NCBI GenBank assembly: GCA_043825875.1 | Contig: JBDRRF010000049.1 | Location: 1 to 64,000, forward strand | Direction: 5' to 3' | DNA from: Pseudomonadota bacterium | GTDB lineage: Bacteria > Desulfobacterota > Desulfobacteria > Desulfobacterales > RPRI01 | DNA length: 64,000 bases | Part shown: positions 53,215 through 60,488 of the stretch, piece after piece | Position numbering within the stretch: the stretch's first letter is position 1 | Layout of the letters: each line of letters begins with the position of its first letter | Translations under genes and position numbers: made by a program | Notes under the pieces: model-generated | What the model saw: only the letters and a program-made list of their open reading frames with translations | What the model was told of the DNA's origin: nothing | Database searches by the model: none

Positions 53215-53475
53215 TTAAAATCCAAGGTCTTTTATCAGATCTCCCCAGGGAATTGGCTCATCAGGTTCATTGATTTCATTTTTATCTTTGTTTGCGTCTT
53301 TAATATCAATTTGCTCCTTAATTTCCTGAAGCAGTTTAAGTTCTTTCATTGAAACAAGAGCAGCTATAGGCTCACCTCTTTTTGTCAGAACAAAAGACTC
53401 ATCATTATATGCTACGCGGTTAATAATATCAGAAAATTGTTTTCTGGCATCAGCAATTGTTATTTTATTAAACAT
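53215..53475 (-). CDS. Phd/YefM family antitoxin (orphan)
   Basis: ITIADARKQFSDIINRV...VLTKRGEPIAALVS; acidic tail ending IPW. Confidence 0.88.
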   Translation of the reverse strand: MFNKITIADARKQFSDIINRVAYNDESFVLTKRGEPIAALVSMKELKLLQEIKEQIDIKDANKDKNEINEPDEPIPWGDLIKDLGF

Positions 53476-53495
53476 ATAAATATCCTCATAACCGG

Positions 53496-56309
53496 CTATT
53501 GTTTGGTCAATGTCCCGTATATTTTCAATAATCTGTCCGGAAGATCACGGACATCAGATATGATATTGTGATTATATTGACCGTAAAGATCATCCAGTCT
53601 CATATCCATAGCTGCATCAACTGTAATTGCCCTGACACATATATTTTTCGACTGGGCTTCAAACACGGCCTTGCGGGTATCTTCAATTGCATAGTTTTGT
53701 TTATAATCGGTATCATTTGGGAAACCATCACTTATTATTACAAGAAGACGTGTTTTAGATGCCGTATTTTCAAGCCTTGATACCCCATGACGTATAGCAG
53801 CACCCATTCTGGTTCTTCTTTGTGGAAAAATCGCATTAATTTTGTTAATTATATTTTCATCCATGTTTTCGGAAAATGTTTTTATATTAAAATAATCCAC
53901 TCCCGATCTCCCTGTTCCCGAAAACCCGGCGATAGCAAAATTATCCTGTGCCGTAGTAAGTGCTTCGCAAAAAAGAACAACTGCTTCTTTAATTATATCA
54001 TGAACAGTTTTAGATGATTGAGCTATAAGAGTTGAAGTGGAACGTGAAAGATCTACAAGAAGAAGTACTGCTATATCCCTTTGATGTTTTATCCGCTTTA
54101 AATATAATTTGTCTGTTGGAATCATACCTGCTTTTTTATCAATTACATATTCGGGAAGAGCACACAAATCAAATTCATCTCCTTCAATCCATCTCTTTAA
54201 GATTTTTATTTCATCAGGCCTTAAATATTCAAACTCTCTTCTAATCCTTTTTACCGTTTTCGGATAGGCATTTAAAACATTTGAATAAAAAGCGCTTTTA
54301 AACCCTTCCACTTCTCTTTCATGTACTCTTACATGATCATGAAGATAATCGCATAAATTAGCATCCCATTCACGATATTTAAAAACGGTTGAATCATTAT
54401 AATCATCGAAAGAATACTGATACTTCTCCCCTTCATTTAACCCTGAGATTAAATCAAAAGGTAAATCGGCGGGGTCTTGTGTGTATCCGGTTTGGTTTTG
54501 TGCAGATAAAGTTTTAGAAGAAGTTATAATATCTTTAAGATCATCATTTGAAACAGCACCTTTGTTTTTTATAAGCTTTTTCATTATCTCGGATTTAAAA
54601 ACGCGTATTTTTTTCTTTTCAAGTGCGGACTTTATGGCAAGGCTTATCTCTTCATATTTTTTATTTGAAGTAAAATACATGTCCTGCCTTAAAGAAAGAC
54701 CAAAGGGCATTTTGAGCTTTTTATAATCATTAAGGTTTTCTTTATTGGGCTTGTTTTTTTTCAGGAATCCTTCAACTAAGTTATACGTATGAAAAACGCT
54801 CACAGCGCATGCTTCGATACAATTATTTTTTTCAACTTCATTTTTAAAAATATCGGAAATTTCCGATATCAAATTTTTTATTTTATCTTCTGCTTCAAAT
54901 ACATCAAAGTCAATTTGTCCCAAAGCCATACGGATATATAACAGAAGAAGAAATGGTTCCGGATATTTGTTTTTTAATAATATTTTTAATTCATTATAGA
55001 TCAAAGGATATGAAGTTCTTACAAGGCCAGGGTATGTTTCAAGATTAAGGATTCTTATACGGCCATGTTCAAATATATTAAAAAGATCTGATGCAAGTTG
55101 CTTTACAGGAAAAAGCATGAAAAATTTATCAAGATCGTGGCAATCATAATTTTGCGTATTATCAGTTAATTCATAATTTTTCTTTTCCGAAATATTGTAC
55201 ATTTCTTTCAGAAGAAAAGATAACTCCATGGCTTTTTCTATATCGAATTCAAATGAGCCGTACTCATAATAACCTGATTCAAGTCTTACAAGGCATTTAT
55301 AAAGGTTGCGGTTCTTATCAAAAGTATCGCAAATATTTATTTCATCGGGGAGATAAATTGTTTTTCCATCGGAAAAAACAAATGGTCTGTCACCATACTC
55401 ATTTTTTATTTCATTACGCAAAATTTTCGGAAATTGAGAAAGCTGACGAATAGATATCCCGCGGCCTGTTTTAGCCTTTAAGTACATTGTAAGTTGTAAT
55501 CTAACATCTGCAAGAACAGCAGAGGTTTTCAGGTTTTGACAGACATCTTTTCCGAACTTGGATTTAAGAGCTATAAATTTTGCGCCAAGAAACTTATCTA
55601 TTTCATATTTGTTTAATCCTATGGATATAAATTCTTCCAGTGCTTCATCCGATAAAATATATAGCCCTTGTTCAAGGCCGTCAAAGTATGAATCTATAAG
55701 ATTATAATCTATACAAAGTATTTTTTGAAGCTGCTTGATCTGGACAAGTCTTTTTGATGGAAGAAAAGACAAAACCGCTTTAGGCAGGGTATGAGCGAAA
55801 TTACGGCATTCATTGTATGTTAAGTCTTTTAAAAAAAAGGTTTTAAGGATTTCAAAATATACCGAACATGCATCACCGTCTTTTTGATCAAGCAAAATAT
55901 TAACAGCTTTAAGCGGCTCTGTTAATGTATAAGTCCCTTTTTTATGCATTATTTTTATTGCTTCAAGATAGTTTTCAAGAAGACTTTCATCAGCATATGA
56001 AAGAACGGGAACAAGATGCTCGGCCATTATCCGCGCAAATGTCGGACCATCTTCGGCGCTTTTGCGCACAAGTTCTTTGTATATTTGAATTTTATCAGAT
56101 TCTACACTTCCCAAAAGCTTGACATAACCTTCAGATACAACAACTCCGAAAGAATATTCAACAGATAGCGCCCAGATTATTTCATCAATAAAAATTCCGG
56201 CAATCTCTTCCGATATACTTATCTGTTTTCTGCTCAAACCTTCATTTACAACCTTAGCAATTTCAGGATCAGCAAAAGCAATTTCTTTTACAATATTTTG
56301 TATCTGCAT
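53496..56309 (-). CDS. NorD/CbbO-like VWA domain protein
   Basis: DG.TIYLP, FN.FE..RI, YREWD...DY, MIDAS DLSRST, TRMGAAIRH, ISDGFPND. Confidence 0.85.
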   Translation of the reverse strand: MQIQNIVKEIAFADPEIAKVVNEGLSRKQISISEEIAGIFIDEIIWALSVEYSFGVVVSEGYVKLLGSVESDKIQIYKELVRKSAEDGPTFARIMAEHLVPVLSYADESLLENYLEAIKIMHKKGTYTLTEPLKAVNILLDQKDGDACSVYFEILKTFFLKDLTYNECRNFAHTLPKAVLSFLPSKRLVQIKQLQKILCIDYNLIDSYFDGLEQGLYILSDEALEEFISIGLNKYEIDKFLGAKFIALKSKFGKDVCQNLKTSAVLADVRLQLTMYLKAKTGRGISIRQLSQFPKILRNEIKNEYGDRPFVFSDGKTIYLPDEINICDTFDKNRNLYKCLVRLESGYYEYGSFEFDIEKAMELSFLLKEMYNISEKKNYELTDNTQNYDCHDLDKFFMLFPVKQLASDLFNIFEHGRIRILNLETYPGLVRTSYPLIYNELKILLKNKYPEPFLLLLYIRMALGQIDFDVFEAEDKIKNLISEISDIFKNEVEKNNCIEACAVSVFHTYNLVEGFLKKNKPNKENLNDYKKLKMPFGLSLRQDMYFTSNKKYEEISLAIKSALEKKKIRVFKSEIMKKLIKNKGAVSNDDLKDIITSSKTLSAQNQTGYTQDPADLPFDLISGLNEGEKYQYSFDDYNDSTVFKYREWDANLCDYLHDHVRVHEREVEGFKSAFYSNVLNAYPKTVKRIRREFEYLRPDEIKILKRWIEGDEFDLCALPEYVIDKKAGMIPTDKLYLKRIKHQRDIAVLLLVDLSRSTSTLIAQSSKTVHDIIKEAVVLFCEALTTAQDNFAIAGFSGTGRSGVDYFNIKTFSENMDENIINKINAIFPQRRTRMGAAIRHGVSRLENTASKTRLLVIISDGFPNDTDYKQNYAIEDTRKAVFEAQSKNICVRAITVDAAMDMRLDDLYGQYNHNIISDVRDLPDRLLKIYGTLTKQ

Positions 56310-56360
56310 ACTATACAACGCCGTCAGGGGGTGTTAAATTTATTTTGAGATAGTTTGTTT

Positions 56361-57896
56361 TTATATTATTGAAGGCAGCCCTTTCACATTCGGAAGGCAG
56401 AAGGAAAACTCGCTTTCGATACCGCACTTTGCACATATATACTTTACAACTACGGATCTGCACTTTAGTGCATCCTGAATATCGGATTCTGGCTTTAAAG
56501 ATCCGCCGCATAAACACGTACAAGGAACCACAAGTATGCATACAATCCCTGCTATATCTTCCTCAATGATGTTAAATTCGCCAAGTCCGAGCATCTTCCA
56601 TTCTTCTAAAAGCTCTGTGTAAAACCTGCGAGTCCTGATGCTTCGTTCCCGTGCGATGAATCTGCCGGTTGCAGTTGTTAATGTATCCGGAGCATGATAG
56701 GCATATGTCAACTCTATACTGGTTCGAATTAACAAATCATCATCCAAAAACTGCCGCCTCAGTGCATTCTTTGCGAAAAACTGGGCAACCCCCATATTTC
56801 CCAGTTTATCTATACGATCCGCATCGTATAAGACTCTGCCGATATCATTGGTTGCCTCACCCTCCAGATATGTTGATAGTATGGCTTCTCTGATTTCAGG
56901 AATCCATTTTTCATAGATTGTACCTGAAAGGATTGTTGCTGCAAATTGAACCGCATTTTCTTCTTCAGGCATATCGTTTTCATGATAGCTTCCGTGTGCA
57001 AACTTTCCAATATCATGCAACAGGCCGGCAAGCAGGGCCGGCTCTACTTCCAACCCTTCGGCTTTTGCGATGTAATGGGCTATACGACCGACTCTGGAGC
57101 CGTGGGACCAAAGACTGGAAAATACTTCATCTGTAATATTATTTTGATAAGTGGTTTCCTGTTCTATCAATGTCCTGCGAATTTCCTGTAAAACATCAGG
57201 TGTTATGGATTTTAGAGTGTCCTGCCCCCATTCACCTCTTTTAAGTTGAAAGTAATTATTGTGTTCAGGGTCTTGCATCTTTTTACTTTGTGTAAGACAG
57301 TGCTGATAGTCTTCTATCGTATTTATATTAATAAAGGCCGTATCGGTTTCTTTTAACAGGCCTTTTTCTATGAACCAGTCTTTGTCCAGATAAAGAGTAT
57401 TATATCGATGTGTCAGCATTTCGACTTTTAAGAGATTGGCTTCAAGATTTTCCCGCATCCCCGGCAAACAGTGTTTACTGTAAAAAGCATGCAGGAACTC
57501 TGGTCTTATCCCCGGACAGGGAATAATGATGTCGGATTTACCAAGTTCAAGAGACATTGACAAAATGATCTCTTTGCTCAGAAAAGGCATATCCGCTGCA
57601 CACACAAACGCTGCTTCATGCTTTGTCTTTTGCAATCCGCTATAGATACCCATCAGAGGGCCGCAGCCCATACGTTCATCGGAAACATATGGTAGATTTA
57701 GCATTTCATATTTTTCCGGAGTATTGGTAACTATAAGAACTTCTTCAAACAGCAAAGTAACCAGATTTGCCGTCCGTTCAATAATCGATTTCCCGTTTAT
57801 CTCCAGAAGAGGTTTATCCGGCGAAAGCCTCCTGCCCTGCCCTCCTGCCAGGATCAAGCAAGCGGCGTTTATTTTTTTCGTATTTGAATCAATCAT
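56361..57896 (-). CDS. MobA-like nucleotidyltransferase fused to an HD phosphohydrolase and a Cys-rich C-terminus
   Basis: LAGGQGRR..DKP, GPL.GI, AADMP, NINT..D; then H...HD...DAD; then CTCLCGG...CAKCG. Confidence 0.85.
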   Translation of the reverse strand: MIDSNTKKINAACLILAGGQGRRLSPDKPLLEINGKSIIERTANLVTLLFEEVLIVTNTPEKYEMLNLPYVSDERMGCGPLMGIYSGLQKTKHEAAFVCAADMPFLSKEIILSMSLELGKSDIIIPCPGIRPEFLHAFYSKHCLPGMRENLEANLLKVEMLTHRYNTLYLDKDWFIEKGLLKETDTAFININTIEDYQHCLTQSKKMQDPEHNNYFQLKRGEWGQDTLKSITPDVLQEIRRTLIEQETTYQNNITDEVFSSLWSHGSRVGRIAHYIAKAEGLEVEPALLAGLLHDIGKFAHGSYHENDMPEEENAVQFAATILSGTIYEKWIPEIREAILSTYLEGEATNDIGRVLYDADRIDKLGNMGVAQFFAKNALRRQFLDDDLLIRTSIELTYAYHAPDTLTTATGRFIARERSIRTRRFYTELLEEWKMLGLGEFNIIEEDIAGIVCILVVPCTCLCGGSLKPESDIQDALKCRSVVVKYICAKCGIESEFSFCLPNVKGLPSII

Positions 57897-57926
57897 ATAT
57901 ATTTATCACCAAAAAAAAAGAACACA

Positions 57927-58068
57927 GAGCCAGTTTCAAAACGCCACATTTTGGCCGATCTCTGCGTTGGGCTCAAATTTTAATCCTCGAAATACTAAAT
58001 GTATTCCTGTGGTTGAAATTTTCTCCCGCCTTGAGCTTGACCAAAATGAAACGTTTTGTAAGTGGCTC
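57927..58068 (-). mobile_element. MITE copy 6 (142 bp), no target duplication
   Basis: Same element in reverse orientation; flanks CACA and CTTA do not match. Confidence 0.9.
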
Positions 58069-58089
58069 CTTAGTTTCATAAAGTTGGAC

Positions 58090-58377
58090 TCATGCAGCTT
58101 CAATCCGTTTTAAATTTTCAATATTAATAGATTTTCTTGTTTTCCAGAGATCGTATTGAATCTGGAGTCTGAGCCATCCTTCAGGTGTGCGGCCAAATAC
58201 TTTTGATAATCTTAATGCCATTTCAGGGCTAATGCCTGATCGACCATTTAACAGCGCTGAAAAAGTTTTTCTTGTAACCCCAAGTTCTCTGGCTGCATCC
58301 GTTACATTAATTTTTAGTGCCTCAACACAAAACTCTCTTATGATCTCGCCCGGATGTGGCGGATTATGCATAGCCAT
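58090..58377 (-). CDS. higA: HigA family antitoxin
   Basis: [23 protein letters not shown]...WL..Q..YDL. Confidence 0.93.
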   Translation of the reverse strand: MAMHNPPHPGEIIREFCVEALKINVTDAARELGVTRKTFSALLNGRSGISPEMALRLSKVFGRTPEGWLRLQIQYDLWKTRKSINIENLKRIEAA

Positions 58378-58386
58378 TTTTTCTCC

Positions 58387-58665
58387 TTAATTATGACCTT
58401 CATAATTTACATCAAAGGCATCGCCGTTTTGAATCTTAAACGTAATACGCAAATACCTGCTTACATTAACTGCCCAAGTATCTTTCTTCTTATCTATAAC
58501 CGGATGCAATCCAAGGCCAGGCAAATCCATATCTTCGACAGTTTCAGCTGTTTCAAGGAGAGCTATAATTTCCCTGACTCGCGTTATATGCTGAGGAATG
58601 ATATAATTCGATGTATCAGATTCGTAAATTAACCAAAGCCCTTTGTATGTGAAATTTTTAATCAT
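58387..58665 (-). CDS. higB: HigB (RelE/ParE superfamily) toxin
   Basis: MIKNF.YKGL...E, MDLPG.GLHP, WAVNVS...RITF, V.YE; upstream of higA. Confidence 0.88.
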   Translation of the reverse strand: MIKNFTYKGLWLIYESDTSNYIIPQHITRVREIIALLETAETVEDMDLPGLGLHPVIDKKKDTWAVNVSRYLRITFKIQNGDAFDVNYEGHN

Positions 58666-58673
58666 ATTGCATC

Positions 58674-58702
58674 AATGTAACCAGGTACGTGGCAGGTGTC
58701 AA
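58674..58702 (-). promoter_or_regulatory. Sigma70 promoter of higBA
   Basis: TTGACA (58702-58697), 17-nt spacer, TACATT (58679-58674). Confidence 0.7.
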
Positions 58703-58748
58703 GGAAAAATATTGGGCTTTACTCCACCCATTCCCAATGAAGTTTTCT

Positions 58749-58825
58749 TTATTTATTTCCTTTATCAGGCAAACCCGATTTGCCGCCCAGACCTTCGCTG
58801 GCTATAGGTTGGACATCGCGGCAGC
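58749..58825 (-). repeat. Diverged direct repeat, copy A (coding-like remnant)
   Basis: About 79% identical (58/73 nt by manual alignment) to 60329-60401; reads CRDVQPIASEGLGGKSGLPDKGNK*. Confidence 0.75.
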
Positions 58826-59012
58826 TTGTTGTTGATTCCGAAATAGATAGAAAGTTTTTGATTTTAAATAAATATTGATATAAATATAAGTTATCTTAGT
58901 TACAGATTTCCTGGAACTGGATATTAAATACCATTTTGAACTGTGATTGATAAGACTACACGACCGAATAAATAAAATTTGAGCTAAATACACTTTAGTA
59001 AAGAAAAACACA

Positions 59013-59319
59013 ATGAATGATAAATATGGTCGGAATGAAATTCTTTCATACCTGCAAGAAAACAAAGACCGGCTTTGCAGTAAATTTTCTCTCGAACGAA
59101 TTGCCCTTATCGGTTCTATTGCGCAACGACTATACGGATGGAAGCGATGTGGATTTAATCATACGGTTCCGGTCTGGTACGGAACGGATTCATGATTTAA
59201 AGCAACAGTTAAGAGAAGAACTTGAATTGGTGTTTGGTCGGCCGGTCCAGCTTGCATCAGAAAAATACTTGAAACCATATTTTCTACAACAAATTTTAAA
59301 GGATGCCATGAATGTTTAA
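59013..59319 (+). pseudogene. Frameshifted MNT nucleotidyltransferase antitoxin
   Basis: One frame gives ...IALIGSIA and the next gives RNDYTDGSDVDL.... Restoring GCGC to GCGCGC near 59121 yields the GS.AR...SDVD motif. Confidence 0.85.
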
Positions 59320-59412
59320 AAATGATCTGAAGTTTGACAAATCATTCAGGACGATATCCTGCCACTTAATACAAACATCAAAAGCCCAATAGAAGCTTTT
59401 CAAAACACTTGA
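59312..59412 (+). pseudogene. Internally deleted DUF86/HEPN toxin remnant
   Basis: ATG overlaps the MNT end (MFKND) and is joined to EV*QIIQDDILPL, which resembles the VW.II..D.P.L C-terminus of DUF86 proteins. Confidence 0.55.
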
Positions 59413-59579
59413 AAAGGAAACTTCCGAACACAGGGAACTTTACATTTTTAATCATGTATGATTTTCTCCGGCAAACCGGTTTTGCTTTCAATAGTGAATG
59501 AAAATTATTGAGATTGAATACCGGAATTCCGTTTACAGAATACATTTAAATTAATTTTTTCAGCAAAAAGGACTCAGGA

Positions 59580-59966
59580 ATGGACAAAGGACATGAAGAA
59601 TGGTTAAAGCAATCAGAATACGACATAAAAACTGCAGAAGCCATGTTTGTTGCCAAAAGGTATATTTATGTTGTTTTTATGTGCCATTTATCCATTGAGA
59701 AATCCCTTAAAGGTCTGTATCAGAAGAAGCTTGAAAAGCTTCCACCGAAAGTTCATAATCTTCTTTTTCTTATTGAGACTGTTGGTTTGAAATTGCCGGA
59801 TAATTTATACGAGGCGGTTTTTTCTCTCAATCGGGCAAGCATTCCGACACGTTATCCTGAAGATCTGAAAAAAATGCAAAAAGACTATCCAAAGCGTATA
59901 ACCGAAACATTACTTGTCCAGAGCAAGGAGGTGTTGAAATGGCTCAAAAAAGAGCTGAAGAAGTAG
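59580..59966 (+). CDS. HEPN domain protein
   Basis: EWLKQ..YD..TAE, F.CH..IEK.LK, P.VHNL..L, TRYP. Confidence 0.9.
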   Translation: MDKGHEEWLKQSEYDIKTAEAMFVAKRYIYVVFMCHLSIEKSLKGLYQKKLEKLPPKVHNLLFLIETVGLKLPDNLYEAVFSLNRASIPTRYPEDLKKMQKDYPKRITETLLVQSKEVLKWLKKELKK

Positions 59967-60271
59967 TCCAATTTTTATTTGATTGCTTAGAAGAAAAAAA
60001 ACTGAATATCTCCAAGATTATTATCTTCGGTTCACAGGCTAAAGGCACAGAAACGGAAGAAAGTGATATCGACATTATTATTGTTTCAGAAGATTTTAAA
60101 AGGAAGAATATTTTTAAGCGCGCTGATATGACAAAAGATGCCGAAATCAGGACAATCAGGAAATTCATGGTTCCTCTCGACATTATTACTATAACACCGG
60201 AAGAGTATGAGAATAAGACATCTCTTATCGCAGAATATGCGCATACAGGGAAAATTGTATATGCAAATTAA
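59939..60271 (+). CDS. MNT nucleotidyltransferase domain protein
   Basis: IIFGSQAKG...ESDIDIIIVS, DI...TPEE; overlaps the HEPN gene. Confidence 0.9.
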   Translation: MAQKRAEEVVQFLFDCLEEKKLNISKIIIFGSQAKGTETEESDIDIIIVSEDFKRKNIFKRADMTKDAEIRTIRKFMVPLDIITITPEEYENKTSLIAEYAHTGKIVYAN

Positions 60272-60324
60272 ACTTTAGATTAGAGCATTATTGTAAACAG
60301 TCCCATATCCTCTTTCCTATTTAA

Positions 60325-60435
60325 TCAGTTATTCCCTTTATCCGCCAAACCTTGTTTGCCGCCAAGTTCATTGCTTGCGATAGGTTGGACATCACGACAG
60401 CATTTATCTATTTGATGGACAATGCGGGTAATCAT
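60325..60435 (-). other. 36-aa small ORF or gene remnant containing repeat copy B
   Basis: MITRIVHQIDKCCRDVQPIASNELGGKQGLADKGNN*; paralogous to 58749-58825. Confidence 0.45.
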
Positions 60436-60488
60436 GCTTTTATCAAGCGGTTTGCTTTTGTTTGACTTAATTTTAATTTTCTGCCGAA

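Noticed and set aside
59335..59337. In-frame TGA in the DUF86 remnant considered as a second selenocysteine
   Set aside because: It corresponds to a Trp position in a deleted pseudogene, with no Cys context and no SECIS-like hairpin.
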